Below, piece after piece: positions 48,801 to 63,800 of a stretch of DNA of 64,000 nucleotides. Within the stretch, counting starts at the first letter, position 1, and the number at the start of each line of letters is the position of its first letter. Under the pieces are notes generated by a model. That model was not told where the DNA came from. It saw only the letters and a program-made list of their open reading frames with translations, and searched no databases. Location: contig OZ296649.1 of assembly GCA_965655095.1 (NCBI GenBank), positions 95,356,001 through 95,420,000 of the forward strand, given 5' to 3'. The DNA comes from Haplodiscus bocki. Its lineage: Eukaryota. Both the position numbers and the translations under genes were made by a program.

Positions 48801-51800
48801 TGAACTTTGAACTTTTTTGGCAAATGAACCATGCTCTTTTAGTCTTTTTTCGTTGCGTTACAGGGCTGCAAAGCTGACCAATTGCCTCTTAGAAACAAGT
48901 TTGGGCACAGTTGGTTTTTCGAAGAGAATCAAGCGTAAACCATTAAAACACATGCATTTTTTAATAGTAGGAGATCAGACATCAATTACAAATTTTCAAT
49001 GAGATTGCTCATCATGTGCTGTTACTTTATTGTGGTCCTGATTTCATACTTCAGAGGGTGCCCTCTGTTGGTGCTATTTGTGATATATATCTACATATAC
49101 TTACTGTTTTTTATATACTTGTATTATTCTACGATTGTGTTGTTTGTTAATTGCTCCTCATCAGAGTATTTAACTCCATACTTCTAGTCCTATTCTTAAC
49201 TGTCGGATGTGGCGACCGCTATTCCTCCTCAGAAAGTAACACGGTACCGAGGGCCTTAAAATCAGCGATCCCGCTGCGTACTGGCGGTTAGGATCAGAGG
49301 GTGTTAATGGCCATAGGAAGGTAGCTGTTTCATTACGGATTTTTTGTATATACTCCTGAGATGCTGAAAATTAGGAGTCAGCTTGATGTAAAAGCCAATT
49401 GATCTCAAATCCTGAAAAATTATTTGCAAAATGGCTTGAAAATCTCAACAACCAGAAAACAGACGTCGTTTCTCACCAAATTGATATGTGTTGATGCTTT
49501 TGTTTGATGTTCGCCTACATGAAAAAATTCATAAGTGGGAACCGGCACGGGAAATACTACTTGGAGAAGTTTTTCAGTCAGTAAGATTTAGCTTTTCCAA
49601 TTGCATGGAAAAATCAAAAAAGTTCTATAGGACGCTTAACGAAACAACTGGTAAACGAAGCTTGAAAACAAACTGAATAATTCAAAATGAAAAATCAAAA
49701 ACACCATAAATTCCCGTACAATTATCGCGCAGATGTTCAAAAAAAATTTGTTAACTTTGCAACTACTGTTGAAGGTCCAACCACACAGGAGCTTAAAGAA
49801 AATAATGAAAACTTTGACAATAATGATGGAGTGCATAAAACTTCAGTTCCGGGGCTTTTCCAAGTTTTAATTGAGTTTCTAAACCTATTTTGTCAGGCGG
49901 TTGGATCCTAAAGTGTTTAAAGATTGAAATATTACATCCATTAGACAAGTCGGGTGACATGATGAACGTCAATAAGTATAGGTCGGTTTCGGAATTACCA
50001 CCCATTAGTGAAGTGTTCGAGATAATCATATATGAACGATTATTTTCAGTGTTCGACTAGAAGAATATGGTTCCTTCGAAGCTGTTTGGTTTTTGTAGTG
50101 GACGAAGTACTATCGACGCTCCTGCTGATGTTACAAAACAAATTAGGCAAGGGAGTACTGATACATTTACATGTATATTGGTTGATTTGCCTAAAACAAT
50201 TGATTCCGTCATTCGTGAAATTTTTAAAGTAAACTGTAAAAATATAATGTCAGAAGGATTTGTTTCAATTGTGGCTTGAATCATATTTAAAAGAACAACG
50301 TCAGTGTGTTCGAGTAAAAAATGTACTTCCGGGCTTCTTGTACCTGATGGTAGGAGTACCGCAAAGCTCTATTCTTGGGCATCTACTGTTTTGCAATTAC
50401 ATCAGTGGTCTACCAGGTGCTGGTGAAAATCTCAACCCAATTTTTTTGATGACGACACGAATCTTTTTTATCGCAAAAATCAGGATGAGTTGTTTTTGAT
50501 GAAAATCTTTTAGGAAAAAGTTCCGAAGTGGTTATCTGTCGATAAACTTGCTCTGGCTATCGATAAAACTCAAGCTGTAGGCTCTTTGAAAAATCACGGC
50601 GAAGAGATTCGTTCAACAGATTCCATCTTTGAGCGAAGCAATTAAGTAAAACATCTAGGCTTTTTATTCGATAAACCTTTAAACTTTAGTCTTCATTCTG
50701 CTGAGGTAGCTAAAAAACTACCAAAACATCGTTTAGTAATATTTCGATTAAGACACTGTGTTAAAAAACCTGTGCTTCTCCAGTATTATAATACGCAACT
50801 TACACCATTTATTGGATATGGTCTCCTAATATATGGCCGTACTTCAAAAACTTGAAAAAAATTTGCTTATTTTACGGAAAAAGATACTATGACAAATTTG
50901 ATTTAAACCTCGTTATTACCCATCTACAGAACTTTTTCAGGAACTAACTGTGTTAAATGTGTATGACTATTGTACTGTTGAGCTTCCACTTTTTTCTTGA
51001 ATCAGTTCGTAGTGTTCGACCAAAAGAAAATCTTAATTCGTTTTATGATCCCAAATCATCTAATGTTCAAACCAAAAAGACCAACTTGAACTTTCTTGCC
51101 AAATGAACCATGCTCTTTTAGCCATTTTTCTTTGCGTTACAGGGCTGCAAAGCTGATCAATTGCCTCTTAGAAACAAGTTTCAGCACAGTTGGTTTTTCG
51201 AAGAGAATCAAGCGTAAACCATTAAAACACATGCATTTTTTAATAGTAGGAGATCAGACATCAATTACAAATTTTCAATGAGATTGCTCATCATGTGCTG
51301 TTACTTTATTGTGGTCCTGATTTCATACTTCAGAGGGTGCCCTCTGTTGGTGCTATTTGTGATATATATCTACATATACTTACTGTTTTTTATATACTTG
51401 TATTATTCTACGATTGTGTTGTTTGTTAATTGCTCCTCATCAGAGAATTTAACTCCATACTTCTAGTCCTATTCTTAACTGTCGGATGTGGCGACCGCTA
51501 TTCCTCCTCAGAAAGTAACACGGTACCGAGGGCCTTAAAATCAGCGATCCCGCTGCGTACTGGCGGTTAGGATCAGAGGGTGTTAATGGCCATAGGAAGG
51601 TAGCTGTTTCATTACGGATTTTTTGTATATACTCCTGAGATGCTGAAAATTAGGAGTCAGCTTGATGTAAAAGCCAATTGATCTCAAATCCTGAAAAATT
51701 ATTTGCAAAATGGCTTGAAAATCTCAACAACCAGAAAACAGACGTCGTTTCTCACCAAATTGATATGTGTTGATGCTTTTGTTTGATGTTCGCCTACATG

Positions 51801-54800
51801 AAAAAATTCATAAGTGGGAACCGGCACGGGAAATACTACTTGGAGAAGTTTTTCAGTCAGTAAGATTTAGCTTTTCCAATTGCATGGAAAAATCAAAAAA
51901 GTTCTATAGGACGCTTAACGAAACAACTGGTAAACGAAGCTTGAAAACAAACTGAATAATTCAAAATGAAAAATCAAAAACACCATAAATTCCCGTACAA
52001 TTATCGCGCAGATGTTCAAAAAAAATTTGTTAACTTTGCAACTACTGTTGAAGGTCCAACCACACAGGAGCTTAAAGAAAATAATGAAAACTTTGACAAT
52101 AATGATGGAGTGCATAAAACTTCAGTTCCGGGGCTTTTCCAAGTTTTAATTGAGTTTCTAAACCTATTTTGTCAGGCGGTTGGATCCTAAAGTGTTTAAA
52201 GATTGAAATATTACATCCATTAGACAAGTCGGGTGACATGATGAACGTCAATAAGTATAGGTCGGTTTCGGAATTACCACCCATTAGTGAAGTGTTCGAG
52301 ATAATCATATATGAACGATTATTTTCAGTGTTCGACTAGAAGAATATGGTTCCTTCGAAGCTGTTTGGTTTTTGTAGTGGACGAAGTACTATCGACGCTC
52401 CTGCTGAAGTTACAAAACAAATCAGGCAAGGGAGTACTGATACATTTACATGTATATTGGTTGATTTGCCTAAAACAATTGATTCCGTCATTCGTGAAAT
52501 TTTTAAAGTAAACTGTAAAAATATAATGTCAGAAGGATTTGTTTCAATTGTGGCTCGAATCATATTTAAAAGAAAAACGTCAGTGTGTTCGAGTAAAAAA
52601 TGTACTTCCGGGCTTCTTGTACCTGCTGGTAGGGGTACCGCAAAGCTCTATTCTTGGGCATCTACTGTTTTTCAATTACATCAGTGGTCTACCAGGTGCT
52701 GGTGAAATTCTCAACCCAATTTTTTTGATGACGACACGAATCTTTTTTTTCGCAAAAATCAGGATGAGTTGTTTTTGATAAAAATCTTTTAGGAAAAAGT
52801 TCCGAAGTGGTTATCTGTCGATAAACTTGCTCTGGCTATCGATAAAACTCAAGCTGTAGGCTTTTTGAAAAATCACGGCGAAGAGATTCGTTCAACGGAT
52901 TCCATCTTTGAGCGAAGCAATTAAGTAAAACATCTAGGCTTTTTAATCGATAAACCTTTAAATTTTAGTCTTCATTCTGCTGATGTAGCTAAAAAACTAC
53001 CAAAACATCGTTTAGTAATATTTCGATTAGGACACTGTGTTAAAAAAGCTGTGCTTCTCCTTTATTATAATACGCAACTTACACCATTTATTGGATATGG
53101 TCTCCTAATATATGGCCGTACTTCAAAAACCTGAACTAAAATTTGCTTATTTTACGGAAAAAGATACTTTGACGAATTTGCTTTAAACCTCGTTATTACC
53201 CATCTACAGAACTTTTTCAGGAACTAACTGTGTTAAATGTGTATGACTATTGTACTGTTGAGCTTCCACTTTTTTCTTGAATCAGTTCGTAGTGTTCGAC
53301 CAAAAGAAAATCTTAATTCGTTTTATGATCCCAAATCATCTAATGTTCAAACCAAAAAGACCAACTTGAACTTTCTTGCCAAATGAACCATGCTCTTTTA
53401 GCCATTTTTCTTTGCGTTACAGGGCTGCAAAGCTGATCAATTGCCTCTTAGAAACAAGTTTCAGCACAGTTGGTTTTTCGAAGAGAATCAAGCGTAAACC
53501 ATTAAAACACATGCATTTTTTAATAGTAGGAGATCAGACATCAATTACAAATTTTCAATGAGATTGCTCATCATGTGCTGTTACTTTATTGTGGTCCTGA
53601 TTTCATACTTCAGAGGGTGCCCTCTGTTGGTGCTATTTGTGATATATATCTACATATACTTACTGTTTTTTATATACTTGTATTATTCTACGATTGTGTT
53701 GTTTGTTAATTGCTCCTCATCAGAGAATTTAACTCCATACTTCTAGTCCTATTCTTAACTGTCGGATGTGGCGACCGCTATTCCTCCTCAGAAAGTAACA
53801 CGGTACCGAGGGCCTTAAAATCAGCGATCCCGCTGCGTACTGGCGGTTAGGATCAGAGGGTGTTAATGGCCATAGGAAGGTAGCTGTTTCATTACGGATT
53901 TTTTGTATATACTCCTGAGATGCTGAAAATTAGGAGTCAGCTTGATGTAAAAGCCAATTGATCTCAAATCCTGAAAAATTATTTGCAAAATGGCTTGAAA
54001 ATCTCAACAACCAGAAAACAGACGTCGTTTATCACCAAATTGATATGTGTTGATGCTTTTGTTTGATGTTCGCCTACATGAAAAAATTCATAAGTGGGAA
54101 CCGGCACGGGAAATACTACTTGGAGAAGTTTTTCAGTCAGTAAGATTTAGCTTTTCCAATTGCATGGAAAAATCAAAAAAGTTCTATAGGACGCTTAACG
54201 AAACAACTGGTAAACGAAGCTTGAAAACAAACTGAATAATTCAAAATGAAAAATCAAAAACACCATAAATTCCCGTACAATTATCGCGCAGATGTTCAAA
54301 AAAAATTTGTTAACTTTGCAACTACTGTTGAAGGTCCAACCACACAGGAGCTTAAAGAAAATAATGAAAACTTTGACAATAATGATGGAGTGCATAAAAC
54401 TTCAGTTCCGGGGCTTTTCCAAGTTTTAATTGAGTTTCTAAACCTATTTTGTCAGGCGGTTGGATCCTAAAGTGTTTAAAGATTGAAATATTACATCCAT
54501 TAGACAAGTCGGGTGACATGATGAACGTCAATAAGTATAGGTCGGTTTCGGAATTACCACCCATTAGTGAAGTGTTCGAGATAATCATATATGAACGATT
54601 ATTTTCAGTGTTCGACTAGAAGAATATGGTTCCTTCGAAGCTGTTTGGTTTTTGTAGTGGACGAAGTACTATCGACGCTCCTGCTGAAGTTACAAAACAA
54701 ATCAGGCAAGGGAGTACTGATACATTTACATGTATATTGGTTGATTTGCCTAAAACAATTGATTCCGTCATTCGTGAAATTTTTAAAGTAAACTGTAAAA

Positions 54801-57800
54801 ATATAATGTCAGAAGGATTTGTTTCAATTGTGGCTCGAATCATATTTAAAAGAAAAACGTCAGTGTGTTCGAGTAAAAAATGTACTTCCGGGCTTCTTGT
54901 ACCTGCTGGTAGGGGTACCGCAAAGCTCTATTCTTGGGCATCTACTGTTTTTCAATTACATCAGTGGTCTACCAGGTGCTGGTGAAATTCTCAACCCAAT
55001 TTTTTTGATGACGACACGAATCTTTTTTTTCGCAAAAATCAGGATGAGTTGTTTTTGATAAAAATCTTTTAGGAAAAAGTTCCGAAGTGGTTATCTGTCG
55101 ATAAACTTGCTCTGGCTATCGATAAAACTCAAGCTGTAGGCTTTTTGAAAAATCACGGCGAAGAGATTCGTTCAACGGATTCCATCTTTGAGCGAAGCAA
55201 TTAAGTAAAACATCTAGGCTTTTTAATCGATAAACCTTTAAATTTTAGTCTTCATTCTGCTGATGTAGCTAAAAAACTACCAAAACATCGTTTAGTAATA
55301 TTTCGATTAGGACACTGTGTTAAAAAAGCTGTGCTTCTCCTTTATTATAATACGCAACTTACACCATTTATTGGATATGGTCTCCTAATATATGGCCGTA
55401 CTTCAAAAACCTGAACTAAAATTTGCTTATTTTACGGAAAAAGATACTTTGACGAATTTGCTTTAAACCTCGTTATTATCCACCTGCAGAATTTTTGAGG
55501 AACTAACTGTGTTAAAAGTGTATGACTATTGTACTGTTGAGCTTCTACTTTTTTCTTGAATCAGTTCGTAGTGTTCGACCAACAGAAAATCATAATTCGT
55601 TTTATGATCCCAAAGCATCTAATGTTCAAACCAAAAAACCAACTTGAACTTTTTTTGCCAAATGAACCCTGCTCTTTTAGTCATTTTTCTTTGCGTTACA
55701 GGGCTGCAAAGCTGATCAATTGCCTCTTAGAAACAAGTTTGGGCACAGTTGGTTTTTCGATGAGAATCAAGCGTAAACCATTAAAACACATGCATTTTTT
55801 AGTAGTAAGAGATCAGACATCAATTGCAAATTTTCAATGAGATTGCTCATCATGTGCTGATACTTTATTGTGGTCCTGATTTCATACTTCAGAGGGTGCC
55901 CTCTGTTGGTGCTATTTGTAATATATATCTACATATATTTACTGTTTTTTATATACTTGTATTATTCTACGATTGTGTTGTTTGTTAACTGCTCCTCATC
56001 AGAGAAATTAACTCCATACTTCTAGTCTTATTCCTAACTCTCGGATGTGGCGACTGCTAGTCCTCCTCAGAAAGTCACACAGTACCGAGGGCCGCACAAT
56101 CAGCGATCCCGCTGCGTACTGGCGGTTAGGATCAGAGGGTGTTAATGGCCATAGGAAGGTAGCTGTTTCATTACGGATATTTTGTATATACTCCTGAGAT
56201 GCTGAAATTCAGGAGTCAGCTTGATGTAAAAGCCAATTGATCTCAAATCCTGAAAAATTATTTGCAAAACGGCTTGAAAATCTCAACAACCAGAAAACAG
56301 ACGTCGTTTCTCACCAAATTGATATGTGTTGATGCTTTCGTTTGATGTTCGCCTACATGAAAAAATTCATAGGTGGGAACCGGCACGGGAAAACTACTTG
56401 GAGAAATTTTTCAGTCAGTAATTTTTGACTTTTCCAATTGCATGGAAAAATCAAAAAAGTTCTATAGGACGCTTAACGAAACGACTGGTAAACGAAGCGT
56501 GAAAACAAACTGAATAATTCAAAATGAAAAATCAAATACACCATAAATTCCCGTACAGATATCGCGCAGATGTTCAAAAAAAATTTGTTAACTTTGCAAC
56601 TACTGTTGAAGGTCCAACAACACAGGAGCTTAAAGAAAATATTGAAAACTTTGACAATAATGATGGAGTGCATAAAACTTCAGTTCCGGGGCTTTTCCAA
56701 GTTTTAATTGAGTTTCTAAACCTATTTTGTCAGGCGGTTGGATCCCAAAGTGTTTAAAGATTGAAATATTACATCCATTAGACAAGTCGGCTGACATGAT
56801 GAACATCAATAAGTATAGGTCGGTTTCGGAATTACCAGCCATTAGTGAAGTGTTCGAGATAATCATATATGAACGATTATTTTCAGTGTTCGACTAGAAG
56901 AATATGGTTCCTTCGAAGCTGTTTGGTTTTTGTAGTGGACGAAGTACTATCGACTCTCCTGCTGAAGTTACAAAACAAATTAGGCAAGGGAGTACTGATA
57001 CATTTACATGTATATTGGTTGATTTGCCTAAAACAATTGATTGCGTCATTCGCGAAAATTTTTAAGTAAACTGGAAAAATATAATGTCAGAAGGAATTGT
57101 TTAAATTGTGGCTTGAATCATATTTAAAAGAACGACGTCAGTGTGTTCGAGTAAAAAATGTACTTCCGGGTTTCTTGTACCTGCTGGCAGGAGTACCGCA
57201 AAGCTCTATTCTTGGGCATCTACTGTTTTTCAATTACATCAGTGGTCTACCAGGTGCTGGTGAAATTCTCAACCCAATTTTTTTGATGACGACACGAATC
57301 TTTTTTTTCGCAAAAATCAGGATGAGTTGTTTTTGATAAAAATCTTTTAGGAAAAAGTTCCGAAGTGGTTATCTGTCGATAAACTTGCTCTGGCTATCGA
57401 TAAAACTCAAGCTGGAGGCTTTTTGAAAAATCACGGCGAAGAGATTCGTTCAACGGATTCCATCTATGAGCGAAGCAATTAAGTAAAACATCTAGGCTTT
57501 TTAATCGATAAACCTTTAAATTTTAGTCTTCATTCTGCTGAGGTAGCTAAAAAACTACCAAAACATCGTTTAGTAATAATTCGATTAGGACACTGTGTTA
57601 AAAAAGCTGTGCTTCTCCTTTATTATAATACGCAACTTACAACATTTATTGGATATGGTCTCCTAATATATGGCCGTACTTCAAAAACCTGAACTAAAAT
57701 TTGCTTATTTTACGGAAAAAGATACTATGACAAATTTGCTTTAAACCTCGTTATTATCCACCTGCAGAATTTTTGAGGAATTAACTGTGTTAAAAGTGTA

Positions 57801-60800
57801 TGACTATTGTACTGTTGAGCTTCTACTTTTTTCTTGAATCAGTTCGTAGTGTTCGACCAACAGAAAATCATAATTCGTTTTATGATCCCAAAGCATCTAA
57901 TGTTCAAACCAAAAAACCAACTTGAACTTTTTTTGCCAAATGAACCCTGCTCTTTTAGTCATTTTTCTTTGCGTTACAGGGCTGCAAAGCTGATCAATTG
58001 CCTCTTAGAAACAAGTTTGGGCACAGTTGGTTTTTCGATGAGAATCAAGCGTAAACCATTAAAACACATGCATTTTTTAGTAGTAAGAGATCAGACATCA
58101 ATTGCAAATTTTCAATGAGATTGCTCATCATGTGCTGATACTTTATTGTGGTCCTGATTTCATACTTCAGAGGGTGCCCTCTGTTGGTGCTATTTGTAAT
58201 ATATATCTACATATATTTACTGTTTTTTATATACTTGTATTATTCTACGATTGTGTTGTTTGTTAATTGCTCCTCATCAGAGAAATTAACTCCATACTTC
58301 TAGTCTTATTCCTAACTGTCGGATGTGGCGACTGCTAGTCCTCCTCAGAAAGTCACACAGTACCGAGGGCCCCAAAATCAGCGATCCCGCTGCGTACTGG
58401 CGGTTAGGATCAGAGGGTGTTAATGGCCATAGGAAGGTAGCTGTTTCATTACGGATATTTTGTATATACTCCTGAGATGCTGAAATTCAGGAGTCAGCTT
58501 GATGTAAAAGCCAATTGATCTCAAATCCTGAAAAATTATTTGCAAAACGGCTTGAAAATCTCAAGAACCAGAAAACAGACGTCGTTTCTCACGAAATTGA
58601 TAAGTGTTGATGCTTTTGTTTGATGTTCGCTGACATGAAAAAATTCATAGTTGGGAACCGGCACGGGAAATACTACTTGGAGAAGTTTTTCAGTCAGTAA
58701 TTTTTGACTTTTCCAATTGCATGGAAAAATCAAAAAAGTTCTATAGGGCGCCTAACGAAACGACTGGTAAACGAAGCGTGAAAACAAACTGAATAATTCA
58801 AAATGAAAAATCAAAAACACCATAAATTCCCGTACGGTTATCGCGGAGATTTTCAGAAAAAATTTGTTAACTTTGCAACCACTGTTGAAGGTCCAACCAC
58901 GCAGGAGTTTAAAGAAAATATTGAAAACTTTGACAATAATGATGGAGTGCATAAAACTTCAGTTCCGGGGCTTTTCCAAGTTTTAATTGAGTTTCTAAAC
59001 CTATTTTGTCAGGTGGTTGGATCCTAAAGTGTCTAAAGATTGAAATATTATATCCATTAGACAAGTCGGGTGACATGACGGACATCAATAAATATAGGTC
59101 TGTTTCGGAATTACAAGCCATTAGTGAAGTGTTCGAGATAATCATATATGAACGATTATTTTCAGTTTTCGACTAGAAGAATATGGTTCCTTCGAAGCTG
59201 TTTGGTTTTTGTAGTGGACGAAGTACTATCGACGCTCCTGTCGAAGTTACAAAACAAATTAGGCAAGGGAGTACTGATACATTTACATGTATATTGGTTG
59301 ATTTGCCTAAAACAAATGATTCCGTCATTCGTGAAATTTTTAAAGTAAACTGTAAAAATATAATGTCAGAAGGATTTGTTTAAATTGTGGCTTGAATCAT
59401 ATTTAAAAGAACAACGTCAGTGTGTTCGAGTAAAAAATGTACTTCCGGGCTTCTTGTACCTGCTGGTAGGAGTACCGCAAAGCTCTATTCTTGGGCATCT
59501 ACTGTTTTTCTTTTACATCAGTGGTCTACCAGGTGCTGGTGAAATTCTCAACCCATTTTTTTTGATGACGACACGAATCTTTTTCATGGCAAAAATCAGG
59601 ATGAGTTGTTTTTGATAAAAATCTTTTAGGGCAAAGTTCCGAAGTGGTTATCTGTCGATAAACTTGCTCTGGCCTCTGGCTATCGATAAAACTCAAGCTG
59701 TAGGCTTTTTGAAAAATCACGGCGAAGAGATTCGTTCAACAGATTCCATCTTTGAGCGAAGCAATTAAGTAAAACATCTAGGTTTTTTAATCGATAAACC
59801 TTTAAACTTTAGTCTTCATTCTGCTGAGGTAGCTAAAAAACTACCAAAACATCGTTTAGTAATATCTCGATTAAGACACTGTGTTAAAAAAACCTGTGCT
59901 TCTCCAGTATTATGATACTAACCTTAAACTATTTATTGGATATGGTCTCCTAATATATGGCCGCACTCCAAAAACTTGAAAAAAAAATTGCTTATTTTAT
60001 GGAAAAAGATACTATGACGAATTTGCTTTAAACCTCGTTCTTACCCATCTACAGAACTTTTTCAGGAACTAAATGTGTTAAAGGTGTATGACTATTGTAC
60101 TGTTTAGGTTCTACTTTTTTCTTGAATCAGTTCGTAGTGTTTGACCAACAGAAAATCTTAATTCGTTTTTTGATCCCAAAGCATCTAAAGCTCAAACCAA
60201 AAAGACCAACTTGAACTTTTTTTGCCAAATGAACCATGCTCTTTTAGTCATTTTTCTTTGCGTTACAGGGCTGCAAAGCTGATCAATTGCCTCTTAGAAA
60301 CAAGTTTGGGCACAGTTGGTTTTTCGATGAGAATCAAGCGTAAACCATTAAAACACATGCATTTTTTAATAGTAAGAGATCAGACATCAATTACAAATTT
60401 TCAACGAGATTGCTCATCATGTGCTGTTACTTTACTGTGGTCCTGATTTCATACTTCAGAGGGTCCCCTCTGTTGGTGCTATTTGTAATATATATCTACA
60501 TATATTTACTGTTTTTATATACTTGTTTTATTCTACGATTGTGTTGTTTGTTAATTGTTCCTCATCAGAGAAATTAACTCCATACTTCTGGTCCTATTCT
60601 TAACTGTCGGATGTGGCGACCGCTACTCCTCCTCAGAAAGTCACACGGTACCGAGGGCCTTAAAATCAGCGATCCCGCTGCGTACTGGCGGTTGGGATCA
60701 GAGTGTGTTAATGGCCATAGGAAAGTAGCTGTTTCATTAGGGATTTTTTGTAAATGCTGCTGAGATGCTGAAATTTATAGGTCAGCTTAATGTAAAAGCC

Positions 60801-63800
60801 AATTGATCTCAAATCCTGAAAAATTATTTGCAAAACGGCTTGAAAATCTCAACAACCAGAAAACAGACGTCGTTTCTCACCAAATTGATATGTGTTGATG
60901 CTTTCGTTTGATGTTCGCCTACATGAAAAAATTCATAGGTGGGAACCGGCACGGGAAAACTACTTGGAGAAATTTTTCAGTCAGTAATTTTTGACTTTTC
61001 CAATTGCATGGAAAAATCAAAAAAGTTCTATAGGACGCTTAACGAAACGACTGGTAAACGAAGCGTGAAAACAAACTGAATAATTCAAAATGAAAAATCA
61101 AATACACCATAAATTCCCGTACAGATATCGCGCAGATGTTCAAAAAAAATTTGTTAACTTTGCAACTACTGTTGAAGGTCCAACAACACAGGAGCTTAAA
61201 GAAAATATTGAAAACTTTGACAATAATGATGGAGTGCATAAAACTTCAGTTCCGGGGCTTTTCCAAGTTTTAATTGAGTTTCTAAACCTATTTTGTCAGG
61301 CGGTTGGATCCCAAAGTGTTTAAAGATTGAAATATTACATCCATTAGACAAGTCGGCTGACATGATGAACATCAATAAGTATAGGTCGGTTTCGGAATTA
61401 CCAGCCATTAGTGAAGTGTTCGAGATAATCATATATGAACGATTATTTTCAGTGTTCGACTAGAAGAATATGGTTCCTTCGAAGCTGTTTGGTTTTTGTA
61501 GTGGACGAAGTACTATCGACTCTCCTGCTGAAGTTACAAAACAAATTAGGCAAGGGAGTACTGATACATTTACATGTATATTGGTTGATTTGCCTAAAAC
61601 AATTGATTGCGTCATTCGCGAAAATTTTTAAGTAAACTGGAAAAATATAATGTCAGAAGGAATTGTTTAAATTGTGGCTTGAATCATATTTAAAAGAACG
61701 ACGTCAGTGTGTTCGAGTAAAAAATGTACTTCCGGGTTTCTTGTACCTGCTGGCAGGAGTACCGCAAAGCTCTATTCTTGGGCATCTACTGTTTTTCAAT
61801 TACATCAGTGGTCTACCAGGTGCTGGTGAAATTTTCAACCCAATTTTTTTGATGACGACACGAATCTTTTTTTTCGCAAAAATCAGGATGAGTTGTTTTT
61901 GATAAAAATCTTTTAGGAAAAAGTTCCGAAGTGGTTATCTGTCGATAAACTTGCTCTGGCTATCGGTAAAACTCAAGCTGGAGGCTTTTTGAAAAATCAC
62001 GGCGAAGAGATTCGTTCAACAGATTCCATATTTGAGCGAAGCAATTAAGTAAAACATCTAGGTTTTTTAATCGATAAACCTTTAAACTTTAGTCTTCATT
62101 CTGCTGAGGTAGCTAAAAAACTACCAAAACATCGTTTAGTAAAATCTCGATTAAGACACTGTGTTAAAAAAACCTGTGCTTCTCCAGTATTATGATACTC
62201 ACCTCAAACTGTTTATTGGATATGGTCTCCTAATATATGGCCGTACTCCAAAAAATTGAAAAAAAATTTGCTTATTTTACGGAAAAAGACACTATGACGA
62301 ATTTGCTTTAAACCTCGTTCTTACCCATCTACAGAACTTTTTCAGGAACTAAATGTGTTAAAGGTGTATGACTATTGTACTGTTTAGGTTCTACTTTTTT
62401 CTTGAATCAGTTCGTAGTGTTTGACCAACAGAAAATCTTAATTCGTTTTTTGATCCCAAAGCATCTAAAGCTCAAACCAAAAAGACCAACTTGAACTTTT
62501 TTTGCCAAATGAACCATGCTCTTTTAGTCATTTTTCTTTGCGTTACAGGGCTGCAAAGCTGATCAATTGCCTCTTAGAAACAAGTTTGGGCACAGTTGGT
62601 TTTTCGATGAGAATCAAGCGTAAACCATTAAAACACATGCATTTTTTAATAGTAAGAGATCAGACATCAATTACAAATTTTCAACGAGATTGCTCATCAT
62701 GTGCTGTTACTTTACTGTGGTCCTGATTTCATACTTCAGAGGGTCCCCTCTGTTGGTGCTATTTGTAATATATATCTACATATATTTACTGTTTTTATAT
62801 ACTTGTTTTATTCTACGATTGTGTTGTTTGTTAATTGTTCCTCATCAGAGAAATTAACTCCATACTTCTGGTCCTATTCTTAACTGTCGGATGTGGCGAC
62901 CGCTACTCCTCCTCAGAAAGTCACACGGTACCGAGGGCCTTAAAATCAGCGATCCCGCTGCGTACTGGCGGTTGGGATCAGAGTGTGTTAATGGCCATAG
63001 GAAAGTAGCTGTTTCATTAGGGATTTTTTGTAAATGCTGCTGAGATGCTGAAATTTATAGGTCAGCTTAATGTAAAAGCCAATTGATCTCAAATCCTGAA
63101 AAATTATTTGCAAAACGGCTTGAAAATCTCAACAACCAGAAAACAGAAGTAGTTTCTCACAAAACTGATAGGTGTTGATGCTTTTGTTTGATATTCGCCT
63201 TTATGAAAAATTTGATAGGTGGGAACCGGCACAGGAAATACTACTTGGAGAAGTTTTTCAGTCAGTAAGATTTGACTTTTCTAATTGAATGGAAATATCC
63301 AAAAAGTTCTATAGGACAATTAACAAAACGACTGGTAAAGGAAGCGTGAAAACAAACTCAATAATTCAAAATGAAAAATGAAAAACCATAAATTCCCGTA
63401 CAGTTATTGCGGATATGTTCAAAAAAGTTTTGTTAACTTTGCAACTACTGTTGAAGGTCCAACCACACCGGATCTCAAAGAAAATATTGAAAATTTTGAA
63501 AATATTGATGGAGTGCATACAACTTCAGTTCCGGGGCATTTTTAGGTTTTAATTGAGTTTCTAAATTAATTTTGTCACGCAGTTGGTTCCTAAAGTGTCT
63601 AAAGATTGCAATATTATATCCATTAGCAAGTCGGGTTGCAAAATGAACATCAATAAATATAGGTCGGTTTCGAAATTACCAGCCATTAGTGAAGTGTTCC
63701 AGATAATCATATATGAACGAATTTTTTTAGTTTTCGACTAGAAGAATATGTTTCATTCGCAGCTGTTTGATTTTTGTTGTGGACGAAGTACTATCGACGC

